64,000 bases of DNA from Eledone cirrhosa (GCA_964016885.1 OZ024743.1:37262001-37326000); one strand, 5' to 3'; counted from the first letter of the stretch, positions 16,601 through 31,232 are shown. The notes: generated by a model from the sequence alone, not told the origin. A program made the numbers and translations.

Positions 16601-19600
16601 CTACTCTACACCACTCTACACCATACTACACCACACTACACCACACTACACGACTCTACACCACACTACACCACTCTAAATAACTCTACACCACTCTACA
16701 CCACTCTACACCACACTACACCATACTACAACACACTACACCACTCTACACCATACTACACCACTCTACACCACACTACACCACTCTACACCACTCTAAC
16801 CATAATACACCACACTACAGCACTCTACACCATATTACACCACTCTACACCACACTACACCACTCTACACCACACTACACCACCTACACCACACTACACC
16901 ATACTACACCACTCTACACCATACTACACCACTCTACACCACACTACACCACTCTACACCACTCAACACCACACTACACCTCTCTACACCACTCTACACC
17001 ATACTACACCACTCTACACCACTCTACACCACACAACACCACTCTACACCACTCTACACCATACTACACCACACTACACCATACTACACCACACTACACC
17101 ACTTTACACCACACTACACCATACTACACCACACTACACCACTCTACAACACTCTACACCATACTACACCACTCTACACCACACTACACCACTCTACACC
17201 ACACTACACCACACTACACCACTTTACACCACACTACACCACTCTATACCACACTACACCATACTATACCACACTACACCACACTACACCACTCTACACC
17301 ACTCTAACCATACTACCCCATACTACACCATACAACACCACTCTACACCACACTACAACACACTACACCACACTACACCACACTACACCATACTACACCA
17401 CACTACACCACACTACACCACACTACACCACACTACACCACACTACACCACTCTAAGCCACACTACGCCACTCTACACCACACTACACCACTCTACACCA
17501 CACTACACCACTCTACACCACTCTACCTCACACTACACCACTCTACACCACTCTATACCAAACTATACCACTCTACACCACTCTACCCCATACTACACCA
17601 CTCTACACCACTCTACACCACGCTACACCACACTACACCACTCTACACCACTCTACCTCACACTACACCACTCTACACCACTCTACACCAAACTACACCA
17701 TACTACACCACTCTACACCACTCTAAATAACTCTACACCACTCTAAACCACTCTACACCACACTACACCATACTACTCCACACTACACCACTCTACACCA
17801 TACTACACCACTCTACACCACACTACGACACTCTACACCACTCTAACCATACTACACCACACTACACCATACTACACCACTCTACACTACACTACACCAC
17901 ACTACACCACACTACACCACTCTACACCACACTACACCACACTACACCACTCCTCACCACACTACACCATACTACACCAATTTACACCATACTACACCAC
18001 TCTACACGACAATTACACCACTCTACACCACACTACACCACTCTACACCACACTACACCACTCTACATCACACTACACCACTCTACACCAAACTATACCA
18101 CTCTACACCACTCTACACCATACTACACCCCTCTACACCACTCTACACCACGCTACACCACACTACACCACTCTACACCACTCTACATCACACTACACCA
18201 CTCTACACCACACTACACCATACTACACCACACTACACCACTCTACACCACTCTACACCATACTACACCACTCTACACCACACTACACCACTCTACACCA
18301 CACTACACCGCTCTACACCACACTACACCATACTAGATCAATCTACACCACTCTACACGACACTACACCACTCTACACCACACTACACCACTCTACACCA
18401 CACTACACCAATCTACACCACACTACACCACTCTACACCACTCTATACCAAACTATACCACTCTACACCACTCTACACCACTCTACACCATACTACACCA
18501 CACTACACAACTCTACACCATACTACTCAACTCTACACCACACTACACTACTCTACACCACTCTAACCATACTACACCAGACTACACCATACTACACCAC
18601 TCTACACCACACTACACCAGACTACACCACACTACACCATACTACACCACACTACACCACACTACACCACACTACACCACTCTACACCACACTACACCAC
18701 TCTACACCACACTACACCATACTACACCAATCTACACCATACTACACCACTCTACACGACACTACACCACTCTACACCACACTACACAACTCTACACCAC
18801 ACTACACCACTCTACACCACACTACACCACTCTACACCACACTACACCACTCTACACACCTTTATACCAAACTATACCACTCTACACCACTCTACACCAT
18901 ACTACACCACTCTACACCACTCTACACCACGCTACACCACACTCCACCACTCTACACAACTCTACATCACACTACACCACTCTACACCACTCTACACCAT
19001 ACTACACCATACTACACCACTCTACACCACTCTAAATAACTCTACACCACTCTACACCACTCTACACCACACTACACCATACTACACCACACTACACCAC
19101 TCTACACCGTACTACACCATTCTACACCACACTACACCAATCTACACCACTCTAACCATACTACACCACACTACACCACTCTACACCACACTAACCATAC
19201 TACACCACACTACACCACTCTACACCACTCTACACCACACTACACCACTCTACACCACACTACACCACATTACACCACTCTACACCATACTACACCACTC
19301 TACACCACTCTACACCACTCTACACCACTCTACTCCACACTACACTACTCTACACCACTCTACACCATACTACACCACACTACACCACACTACACGACTC
19401 TACACCACACTACACCACTCTAAATAACTCTACACCACTCTACACCACTCTACACCACACTACACCATACTACACCACACTACACCACTCTACACCATAC
19501 TACACCACTCTACACCACACTACACCACTCTACACCACTCTAACCATAATACACCACACTACAACACTCTACACCACACTAACCATACTACACCACACTA

Positions 19601-20567
19601 CACCATACTACACCACTCTACACTACACTAAACCACACTACACCACACTACACCATACTACACCACACTACACCACACTACACCACACTACACCACACTA
19701 CACCACACTACACCACAATACACCACTCTACACCATACTACACCACTCTACACTACTCTACACCACTCTACACCACACTACACCACTCTACACCACACTA
19801 CACCACTCTACACCACTCCACACCATACTACACCACACTACACAACACTACACCACTCTACACCACACTACACCACTCTACACCACACTACACCACTCTA
19901 CACCACACTACACCACTCTACAGCACGCTACACCACTCTACACCACTCTACACCACTCTACACCATACTACACCACACTACACCATACTACACCACACAA
20001 CACCACTCTATACCATACTACACCACTCTACACCACACTACACTACTCTACACCACTCTAACCATACTACACCACACTACACCATACTACACCACTCTAC
20101 ACCACACTACACCACACTACACCATACTACACCACACTACACCACTCTACACCACACTACACCACTCTACACCACACTACACCACTCTACACCACACTAC
20201 ACCACTCTACACCACACTACACCATACTACACCACACTACACCATACTACACCACTCTACACCGCACTACACCACTCTACACCACACTACACCACTCTAC
20301 ACCACACTACACCACACTACACCACACTACACCATACTACACCACACTACACCACACTACACCATACTACACCACACTATACCACACCACACCACTCTAC
20401 ACCACACTACACCACTCTACACTACACTACACCACTCTACACCACACTACACCACTCTACACCACTCTACACCACTCTACACCATACTACACCACACTAC
20501 ACCATACTACACCACTCTACACCACACTACACCACTCTACAACACACTACACCACTCTACACCACAT
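10655..20567. repeat. 10-bp satellite TACACCA(CAC/CTC/TAC), ~9.9 kb, with kb-scale higher-order duplications
   Basis: About 990 decamers. Rare variants recur in the same order, e.g. tctaagccac at ~13911 and ~17452, tcctcaccac at ~15227 and ~17951. Confidence 0.97.
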
Positions 20568-20708
20568 CATCTCCAAAGATGAAGAAGAAAGGTAAGGCCA
20601 ATAAGAAGAAAAGTATAAGAATAGTAAAAGAATTAGAACAAAGAAGATGAAAATAAAGCTCTTAAGTTAACTCATGCCCCCCCCCCTCTACACTCACCAA
20701 ATTAATAA

Positions 20709-21197
20709 TTGTTTCTTCTTTTGGCACAAGGCCAGCAAATACGCAGTACTTTACTGGTACTTTATTTTATCGACCCCATAAGTATGAAAGGCAAAGCTAA
20801 CCACGGTGGTATTTGAACTCTATGCTGCAAAGCATTGTGTCTGACGCTCTACCGATACTGCCAATCCACTGGCCTTAATAATTGTTTCTACTTTTGGCAC
20901 AAGGGCAGCAATTACGTAGTACATTACTGGTACTTTATTTTATCGACCTCGTAAAGATGAAAGGCAAAGTTATCCTCGACGGGATTTGAACTCAGATCAT
21001 AAAGGGCAATAACTCTATGCTGAAAAGCATGGTGTTTGATCCTCAACTGATACTGCCAACCCATTGCCCAATGGTTTCTGATTTAGGCACAAGGCCAACA
21101 ATTTTGGGGCGGGGAAAGTCGATTAAGTCAAAACCAGTGTGTGACTGGTACATTATTTTATTGACCGTGTAAGGATGAAAGGCAACCTCAGGCGGAG
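20709..21197 (-). mobile_element. Three tandem tRNA-derived Nin-domain SINE copies
   Basis: Reverse complement of TGGCAGTATCGGTAGAGCG (A box), GAGTTCAAATCC (B box), GCCTTTCATCC..GGGGTCGATAAAATAAAGTACCAG (Nin core) and the GGCCTTGTGCC tail. Confidence 0.85.
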
Positions 21198-21960
21198 GAA
21201 GAAGAAGAAGAAGAAGAAGAAGAAGAAGAAGAAGAAGAAGAAGAAGAAGAAGAAGAAGAAGAAGAAGAAGAAAGTAGATAAATGGCAAAATAGAGCAGAG
21301 AAAAACAAAATATACAAAATATATCATATCAACTGAAAAATAAGGATAAAACACAAAATAAGAAAGAGACAGGGAATGAAAAAGAGAGGGGAGGGGGAGA
21401 GACAGGAAGAGAGTGGAGTGTTATAGAGAAAGAGGTAAAAGAAAGAGAGAGAGAGAGAGAGATAGTAGTAGTAGAAAGTAAGAAGTGATATGTTGGCCTA
21501 TTTGGTGGTTTTAATATCATTAGAGCAATGACTAATGAGAATAGACGGGTGGTCGTAAACACCGCACATACACACACAAATATATATAATCTCACTCTCC
21601 CTCTCTATTTCCCCCTCTCCCTCTCTCTCTCACTATATATGTGTATATATGTATATGTGTGTGTATACGTGTATATATATATATATATATATATAAGTAT
21701 GTATACGTATATATATATATTTGAGTTAATAAAGAAGTATATCTTAAGTCTTCTACCATTGACCTCTGTTGATCTTCACATATCGATCAACACGCACACA
21801 CACACACACACATGCGCGCGCGCGCGCACACACACACACACACACACATTCTCACGGTCGTTTTCTCTGTTTCAAAAACTGAATTATTGAATCAATATGT
21901 TTATCCTCATAAGAAACTCTGTATTTGTGTATGTTTATGTAAACACATACACGCGAATTC

Positions 21961-22021
<61 letters not shown>

Positions 22022-22103
22022 TACATACATACACACACACACACACATGTATATATATATATGCATATATATATATATGCATATGTATATGTGTATATTT
22101 ATA

Positions 22104-22192
<89 letters not shown>

Positions 22193-22339
22193 GAAGCTTT
22201 GAGTTGAATAACAAAGGCAAATTCTTAAGTGGTACTAGATATATATATTTATTACAATTAATCTGTTTGGTTTTTTTAAGATAACTGTCTTCCGAAGAAT
22301 TCGTAGAATAATAAGATGCTTGAACACACACACACACAG

Positions 22340-22503
<164 letters not shown>

Positions 22504-22515
22504 ATTATGTAACAA

Positions 22516-22605
22516 GCTGTCTGATGATGACACGACACTCGCACACAGAACAGTGTAGCCAGTACCGTCATTGGCCAGTATCGTCATTGAAATATATATC
22601 ACAGC
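22516..22605 (+). ncRNA. Type I hammerhead ribozyme with elongated stem II
   Basis: gctgt-CTGATGA-tgac...gtcatt-GAAA-TATATA-TC^-acagc. Stem I is perfect. Lies in a 150-bp insert between (CA)n and (TA)n. Confidence 0.8.
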
Positions 22606-22648
22606 ATTATTATTAAAGGACTTGAACATCTGAAACTACTTCGCTTTT

Positions 22649-22697
<49 letters not shown>

Positions 22698-22702
<5 letters not shown>

Positions 22703-23030
22703 TATAAATATGGTACCAGGGAAAACAGGAAAAAATAGGCTGGAAGAATTGATCAGTAGGAGAAATTTATTAAACACTCAATAAGTTTCTGCTTCTGACT
22801 ACTTCTTCCTGTTTTTCCTGATACCATATTTGTACTTATAAGTACTCCGAGATATTCTCCTTAGAAATTCTACCACAACCTTATTAACTGGATATCTATG
22901 ATACGCACTACAAGGAACAAGCGGGGAAAATAATATTTCGTTCTCAGTCCTTCAGATCTCTTTTGTATGCGAACTCACCTCAAACATAGTTGATTTGATC
23001 TACACAAACGACAATTAATTTATCTTCTCG
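22698..23030. mobile_element. pLTR-like mini-insertion with short inverted 5' arm in (TA)n
   Basis: tataagtataaatatggtaccagggaaaacaggaa versus ttcctgtttttcctgataccatatttgtacttata; (TA)n flanks. Confidence 0.5.
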
Positions 23031-23039
23031 TATATATAT

Positions 23040-23365
23040 ATAAGTTTATCCCGGGTTCAATCGGGGTTAACCATGGTAAGTAAAGTATTCAATACAAAGC
23101 AGAGTATAAATATTTAATGTAGAAAGGCTTCTACAGGACTAGAGCTTCTTGATGATTTCTACGGAATGAAACAGCTCTAGTCCTGTAGAAGCCTTTCTAC
23201 ATTCAATATATATATATATATGGGCTTCCTGATGATTTTTCTCCCAAATAAAATAGTTCTAGTCTAGTAGAAGCTATTTCTATATTAAATATTTATACTC
23301 TGCTATGCATTGAGTACCTTACTTACTGTGGTTACCCCGATTGAACCCGGGATAAACTTATATAT
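23040..23365. mobile_element. Nested fold-back pLTR mini-elements with two HHR motifs (23144-23192 and 23224-23274, plus strand)
   Basis: Outer inverted ends aagtttatcccgggttcaatcgggg / ccccgattgaacccgggataaactt. First motif gcttc-TTGATGA-tttc tacg gaat-GAAA-CAG..CTG-TA^-gaagc. The second has CTGATGA but a mutated GAAA. Confidence 0.75.
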
Positions 23366-23489
23366 ATAAATGACAATAAGAATTGCAGCTTTTTGTAAAC
23401 TTTATTACGTATTACAATTTGTTTCCATATCGACCAACTCGGGTTTAATCATGTGATTGGATCCCGGCTATTAATCGACAATTCTTCAG

Positions 23490-23872
23490 ATATGAGAGTT
23501 TACAAGCGACCGAAATGCAGTTCTGCTGATGGGTCTTTGGAGTAACGTTACTTGATAGAGTGAATAACTCAGAGATAAGAGAGTCACTCCGCGTAGAGCC
23601 GCTACTTCTTCGAATTAAAAGATCACATTTCCGATACTATGGAGGTGTGATTAGAATGTCTCAGGAAAGAATAGCTGGAAATGTTTTACTGTCAAAACCA
23701 ACTGGCAGGAGACCCAGGGGTAGACCAAGAGCAAGTTATTTGGATAACATCCATGAACTTTTGTTGGTCTCGCTTGGGGATCCAGCCGGATCAGTTGGAA
23801 AGGGTTGCTTCTGACAGGGGCCGCTGGAAGGAGTGTTTGAGGATGCTGCTCCCACGACCCTCTCAAGTATAA
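23490..23872 (+). mobile_element. RTE-clade LINE 3' fragment
   Basis: VEPLLLRIKRSHFRYYGGVIRM...GRRPRGRPR...ASDRGRW. Confidence 0.85.
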
Positions 23873-23895
23873 GTGAGTGAAGACGAAGAAGAAGA

Positions 23896-24100
23896 AGATG
23901 GACGAGTTCTCTCCAGCGGTCTCTGTCCCTCATCATCGCCGCCATGTCTTGCGTCTCCAAGAGACCAGTGTCTGTCCTTAGGGCATCAACATATGTCAAC
24001 CTCGGTCTCCCTCTTTCAGTGTGTCCGTACAGGGGCTCCCACAGGAGCACTGAGTGCAGTGTCAATTCTTGGATGTCGGTGAGCATGTCCAGCTAACCTC
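23896..24100 (-). mobile_element. RTE/RTEX-like LINE 3' fragment, tail-to-tail with the previous one
   Basis: LLWEPLYGHTERGRPRLTYVDAL...MMRDRDRWR. Confidence 0.8.
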
Positions 24101-24213
24101 AGTCCCCTCGAGCTGTATACTGATTAATGTTCAGAGCCATCCTCAGCATTATAAATATATATATATATGTGACTGTGTGTGCGCGCGCGCGTGTCTGTGT
24201 GTCTGTATGTCTG

Positions 24214-24246
<33 letters not shown>

Positions 24247-24309
24247 GCATACAAATATATATACTGGTTATCTGCTCAATACAAAACTTGACCACCCCAG
24301 TGTACATGA

Positions 24310-24472
24310 TGCTCAGTTCTGGCTTTATGTGGCTTTTTAGACCAGCCATACATTTAAAAATCTGTCCACATAAATTGCATATTAGTTTCGGTGCAGCTTG
24401 GACAGCTTGTGTACCTTGATGAATTTTGAAGTGTCTCTTTAGACCTCCTTGATGTTTGCAGATCTTGTATCG
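24310..24472 (-). mobile_element. C2H2-like zinc-finger fragment, probably an RTE ORF C-terminus
   Basis: Manual translation: YKICKHQGGLKRHFKIH...LICNLCGQIFKCMAGLKSHIK. Confidence 0.5.
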
Positions 24473-25989
24473 AACCTGAAATTCGATTCTGTTATTCGAT
24501 TAATTGAAGGTACAGTTCGTGAATCGGCGTTTACTCTGTTCTGTATAGCATAAACGGATGTGCGTTTAATGAAATTTGCAAACCAAATCACCCAAATTAC
24601 CATGACTCAATATATTTTTGTTTATTCAATTTAACCCACAAGTTTTTGGTTAATAAAAGTCTATAAATAAAGACATGTGCCCAATATACTACGCAGTGCG
24701 ATCTAACCTGGGTCCTCATGATTAAACCTCTTTACCATTCAGGCATAGTTGTATTCTACGCAGATTTTGACAATTGGTGTACCTCGTTAGGACCAACCTG
24801 TTACTTAACAGCAACAACTTTACTCAAAAATAATCTACTATTAGAAAATTGGATTGGCAGAATGGCTCTGGGCGTTCTCAATTCAGATTGCACTCCCTTA
24901 TTTTTTCTGGAATTGCGACCAGCAGATATTATCATCAGCGGTGGAGGGACCAATGGAAACAATTTTCTTTGGTCCGATCTGACTATCAGCTTATTTCCTT
25001 TCTGTTCTGTTTTTAGAAAATTTTAACATGAGAAAATGTTTCATATACATGACATTTAGTTGTGAGAAGAAAATCTTTAGAAGACGCCAATAACATTTTA
25101 GTGGACGCCATGTCCAAACCTCTGTCATTTCTTCCTATAATTTCTCCCACCCAGTTTCTAATAAAAGAACCAATCGAAACTTAATTCTATAGTTATCGAT
25201 TTTTCGACATGGGAATTATTATCTGTCTTCCGGTATAATGACTAAGTGTAATTACTAGAAAAACTACTGCGAGTTAACTCATTAAAGCCTATATTACATT
25301 TCATCGAACGGCTGCCTTCTTCTAGTAGTTGAATAATTTAATAAAGACACCATACAAAAAGGAATACTGCCGCCATTTTTACCTTTTGTTTATTTATTTA
25401 TCTATTTATTCAGAAATTATTATTATTATTATTATCATCATCATTATTATTGTTGTTGTTGCTACTGCTACTGCTGTTGTTGTTGTTTTAATTTTGGTTT
25501 TTCAACGTTCTGCATATAATGTATATTCGATTAGGAAGCAAATTGGGTTATAGATTTACGATCAAGTTGTTAACAATGAACAGATGAAATTAATAACAAT
25601 ATTTGATTTTATATTATTACACATCGCTCATAAAGATCAGAATCATGGAACGAGTATTACATGTGGAAACGTTGGGTGAATTTAATGATATTTGCAATAG
25701 ATTTTGTTGTTGTTAGTGTTGCTGTTGTTTAACCCTAGGTTATATCTAGTCCTCCACCCAGTGGATCTTGACAGCAAATGATCACCTGAGCAAAAAAGCG
25801 AAATAGCAGGCGTTCAAGTCCGGTTAGACGTAAATTGGGGCAAAGTATGATGGGTAGGCGATAATAAATGATGGAGGAAATCTAGACATTCACCGCCCCT
25901 GCCTCATCTTTCAGGGATAGCATTCTCTAGGCATATATCGGCATGAAACTGGCCACTCTGCTCGTCACCTCATCCCAACCCCCAATTGT

Positions 25990-27075
25990 GTCCCATCAGG
26001 TAACTCAATACCACCATATGTACATGCCTACGTATCTTCATAGTCAGGGTGGCACACTTTCTAATACAAAACTCAATCTAAATATCCATGCAACATCAGT
26101 GGACAGTTCTGAGCAGTGAGTCAACCTGAGAGTCATTCCTGCCAAAGAACTTCAGATTATTTATGAAAATTAGATGACAAATCTTATGGCCTCTCTTTTC
26201 TATCTGATAGCCAATATCTGTATCCCATAATAACATTGATAATGGAATCATGGTTATCACAAAGAGCAAGGGTGAGAAGGAATATCATTGAAATATTACT
26301 CTTCTTATTTTGAACACACCAAGGTGTATATTTGCTGCATACAGGTGTGTCTTCTACAAAGGCATACTAGAATCAATTAGATTAATAACACAGTCTCAAA
26401 AATTTCTGTACCTATGTATGTGGAACCATTGTCAAAAGGTTTCTTAAAGTCTACCCAAACCATGCATAATTTCTTTAGCCGTCCTATTCAGGAACGCCTT
26501 GTCAACGAGATAGTTTTAGTTGTCTGAATTTTTATGACATCCTTTCCTTTCGACAAGTAGCATTTCATTTGGAAGCAAAGGATCATACACTTTTGCAGCA
26601 AAGATGCCACTTAACAGCTTCCAAAACAAATTCAAGGAGGCAATTGGCCAGTAATATCTAACTAACGGACCTTTCCTTTTATCCTTCATTATCAAAGTTG
26701 TCTTTCCTTCAACCATCCAGCTTGGAACTTCTTGTACTACACAATCATTTAGGCGTTTCCCTAGCCTTGAATGAATACTTTTAAATCTTTTCAATCAGAA
26801 TTCTTGGATACTATCCGTTCCAGGATATTTCCTGTTTGGCATTTTCCTGACTTGCTCTTGAATGTCTTCCTTTGAAATTCTTTCTCATTTCTATTTTGGT
26901 TCATTAGATATCCTATGATCAACTCCATTTATCAACTCCATCACGCATGTTATACTCTTTTGCAATTCCCCATAAATTTAACGAAAATTGCGTGGATTCT
27001 TCAGCATTAGGTACAACTTCTACACCACATCCCACTAACAATGTTCTAAAGAACAGTTTCTGAATTGCAGAGAAC
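25990..27075 (-). mobile_element. Old, degraded R4/Dong-type retrotransposon RT fragment
   Basis: VPSWMVEGKTTLIMKDK..YWPIASLNLFWKLLSGI..ERKGC, plus decayed downstream RT motifs. Confidence 0.8.
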
Positions 27076-27092
27076 AATTATTATTATTATTA

Positions 27093-27590
27093 GTGGTGGC
27101 TTGGTAGTATCGGTAGAGCGTCGGACACTTTGCTTCACGGCATAGAGTTACGGCCCTTTATGTTTTGATTTGAAATCCCGCCGAGGTTAGCTTTGCCTTT
27201 TTTCCACACGGGGTCGATAAAATAAAATACCAGTAATGCACTGGGTTGATTTAATCGACTTTCCCCTTCCCCAAAATCGTTGGCCTTGTGCTTAAATCAG
27301 AAAAAAATGCGGTGGATTCAAAAAATCGTAATCGTTAGAGCGTCGGCTTAGTATTATTTGTTCCAGCTCAGGGCGGTGGATTGACAGTATCGGTAGAGCG
27401 TCGAACTCCATGCTTTGCTGCATAGAGTTCCGCCACTTTATTATCTGAGTTCAAATCCCGCCGAGGTTAGCTCTACCTTTCATCCTTATGGGGTCGATAA
27501 AATAAAGAACCATTAATGCACTGAGGTCAATTTAATCGACTTTCTTCCTCGGCCTTTCTACTATAGATCTTGTGCCTATAGTAGAAATCA
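27093..27590 (+). mobile_element. Two Nin-domain tRNA-SINE copies plus a head fragment
   Basis: A/B boxes, ggggtcgataaaataaa core and ggccttgtg tail at 27093-27303 and 27371-27590. Confidence 0.85.
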
Positions 27591-27867
27591 TTATTTGTTC
27601 CAGCTCTATATTTTCTGTTTAATTCAAGTACAGGGATCAGTAATAGACTTTCATTTTCCTTCCAAATTTCCGGCGTTGTGAATAAACTAGAAGCCAGATA
27701 TTATTTCTTTTAGGTTGGTGTTGTGACATTACCGTAGCTAAAGACGTAAGTCGTCGATGGAAATATATTATGCACCGGATGAAAGAATCCATTTCATAAG
27801 AAACATTTTGTTTTACCAACTGTCATGTTTTGTGTGAACATTTCCGTCCAGACAGGTGGTATGCCGG

Positions 27868-28432
<565 letters not shown>

Positions 28433-28434
28433 CA

Positions 28435-28636
28435 ATGATATTAAATAAATGGAAACTATATTTATAAAACCATATTTATTCTATTATATATATTTCAAGT
28501 GTACCAAAAATCTTTGATACGCTATCATCAGATGAAATACGAAGTGTGTTTTATAAATTTTGACATAACCAAGGATAATATACCTTAACGGTTCAAGTTA
28601 TCCCTGGAATTACCAACAAATTGAATACCCCTTCTG

Positions 28637-28640
<4 letters not shown>
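28435..28640 (-). mobile_element. Family A pLTR copy with diverged HHR (28477-28540)
   Basis: Homologous to 645-812. Ends with the element's own 3' terminus in inverted orientation (reverse complement of 560-590). Confidence 0.75.
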
Positions 28641-28677
<37 letters not shown>

Positions 28678-28894
28678 TTTAAAAAAAATAAATAGAGGGG
28701 TGACACACGAATAGTGATATAATAGTTAAGAGAAAAAGAAAATGCTGACAAATTTTTCCCAGTGAAAAATAGTTTAATTAGGAATAAGTATAAATTAGTA
28801 ATAAGTATTAGTTGGTATTCAGTTTTAGTTTTAAGTTTATACTGGTTCTATATATATATCAACATATAAATCGATTTCGTTGTTCTGTAAAAGC

Positions 28895-28934
<40 letters not shown>

Positions 28935-28941
<7 letters not shown>

Positions 28942-29766
28942 TTAGTATATCTACCAACATATGTATACAGATGTATACCCATGCTAGCAAATATATATGC
29001 TATGTCTTAATACCTTTGTGGTTCTATGCAGTGGGATACAGAACAATTATATGAAAGACGTAAAATAAGAAAATTTTAAAAATTAACTTACTTACTAAAA
29101 TTTTCACTCCAACTAATTAGTTTCTGTAAGGGAATAAATATAGTTACACAACGCAACTATAGAGAAGTCCTTACGTCATCAGGGAGTCTATTCTCAGCTA
29201 GGTTCCCAGGCAATGCGCGGACACTAGGAACCCATATAAAAATAATAATTCAGTGGATGGAATAAAGCTAGCGGGGACTAAATTCCAGGGCACTGAAAAA
29301 ATTCACTGGCTGCTTGGTCAGTGGCAAATTCTAAATAATCAATCACGTGACACTGAAGTTAATCAGTGAGGAGTGGGGTGGTATTATGAAAAGAGCCTAA
29401 CTACTACCATGAACCATAGCAGTAAATTTCAGCAAGTTTTGCTCAACAAATAATTTGGAGATAAATATAGAGAATTAGTATATCTACCAAAATATGTATA
29501 CAGATGTATACCCATGCTAGCAAATATATATGTTATGTCTTAATAGCTTTGTAGGTCTATGCAGGGGAATGCAGAACAATTATATGAAAGAGTAAAATAA
29601 GAAAATTTTAAAAATTAACTCACTTACTAAAATTTTCACTCCAAATAATTAGTTTCTGTTAGGGAATAAATATAGTTACGCAACGCAACTATAGAGAAGT
29701 CCTTACGTCATCAGGGAGTCTATTTTAGTAAGTAAGTTAATTTTTAAAATTTTCTTATTTTACGTC

Positions 29767-29775
<9 letters not shown>
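28935..29775 (-). mobile_element. Partial tandem (532-bp period) HHR-bearing element with short inverted tail; HHRs at 29106-29187 and 29638-29719
   Basis: Minus strand reads actcc-CTGATGA-cgtaagg..ccttaca-GAAA-CTAATTAG-TT^-ggagt. 28935-29192 is repeated at 29468-29724. 29722-29775 is an inverted piece. Confidence 0.8.
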
Positions 29776-29841
<66 letters not shown>

Positions 29842-29860
29842 TACATACATATATTTATAT

Positions 29861-29912
<52 letters not shown>

Positions 29913-29924
29913 TATATATATATA

Positions 29925-30050
29925 TAAGTAATCGTAATCCTTAAAGAGACAGATCAGTTGTATTTTATAAGTATGAGTATTTGTTTGATTGTTTGCTCTA
30001 ATGTACGTGTGTCGTAGCACAAATATAAGCAGCAGTAGACGTGTGAAAGT
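29925..30050. repeat. Short dispersed repeat, inverted copy at 38868-38998
   Basis: ataagtaatcgtaatc.ttaaagagac...gtcgtagcac.a.tataagcagcagtag. Confidence 0.75.
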
Positions 30051-30078
30051 ATATATAAATATATATATATATATATAT

Positions 30079-30281
30079 GTGAGAAAAACCACAGACCCTC
30101 CATCTCAACTCACCTTTTGAAAAGCAGAAGAACTGCGAAACCGGTAAAGGAACCAAATAAATATATATATTTAAAAAAAAAATAAGACTCCAGTTGCATT
30201 TTAGATTTCATCTCTTTTTCTTTATACTTTCACTCGTGTAGGACACCTCAGTTATTTTTAATTTTGTAAAAAAAACCTCAC

Positions 30282-30287
<6 letters not shown>
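30079..30287 (+). mobile_element. pLTR-like element with minimal U3-A8 HHR (30113-30150); inverted copy at 32095-32277
   Basis: cctt-TTGAAAA-gcag aagaa ctgc-GAAA-CCGG-TA^-aagg. Confidence 0.7.
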
Positions 30288-30380
<93 letters not shown>

Positions 30381-30668
30381 CAAATAACGAAACGAAATTA
30401 AATTTCGTTTCGTTTGTAACTCACTTTTGTATGACTGACGCTTAAACAATTAAGTTAAAAATGTACATCTACATATGCATACTGAAATACTAGTATGCAT
30501 ATGAATACACACACGTATACATATGTAGATGTACCAAGTCTTTCACTGGTTACTTTACTGTGAGTATCCAGCTATTCTGTATGTAAACACACAGACAAAC
30601 CGGTTTTTAGAGTCATACTGGTTTTTGAGGAAACACCTTTCCTCTATTCTCCAGAAAGCCAGACAAGG

Positions 30669-30713
30669 AATATTGAACTAGTTTCGTTGTTATTACAACT
30701 CATCAGCAATATT
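30669..30713 (-). ncRNA. Canonical minimal type I hammerhead ribozyme
   Basis: aatattg-CTGATGA-gttg taataa caac-GAAA-CTAG-TT^-caatatt. Confidence 0.88.
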
Positions 30714-31232
30714 TACCTATCTACCGGCCTTTCTGGAGAATCGTAAAAGCACATATCGTTATATGCTTTTTCTATGAAAATTAGTAGTGGGCAGACTAAT
30801 TTGCATAGAGTGTGAGTACGTACCGGTTCAACGGAGACGATAAAAACAAATAACGAAACGAAATTAAATTTCGTTTCGTTTGTAACTCACTTTTGTATGA
30901 CTGACGCTTAAACAATTAAGTTAAAAATGTACATCTACATATGCATACTGAAATACTAGTATGCATATGAATACACACACGTATACATATGTAGATGTAC
31001 CAAGTCTTTCACTGGTTACTTTACTGTGAGTATCCAGCTATTCTGTCATACAAAAGTGAGTTACAAACGAAACGAAATTTAATTTCGTTTCGTTATTTGT
31101 TTTTATCGTCTCCGTTGAACCGGTACGTACTCACTCTCTATGCAAATTAGTCTGCCCACTACTAATTTTCATAGAAAAAGCATATAACGATATGTGCTTT
31201 TACGATTCTCCAGAAAGGCCGGTAGATAGGTA

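Noticed and set aside
10655-20567. Telomeric array
   Set aside because: The unit is not (TTAGGG)n-like, and the array is interstitial.
24718-25026. 102-aa ORF in unique-looking DNA
   Set aside because: No recognisable motif or splice structure in the frames I translated.
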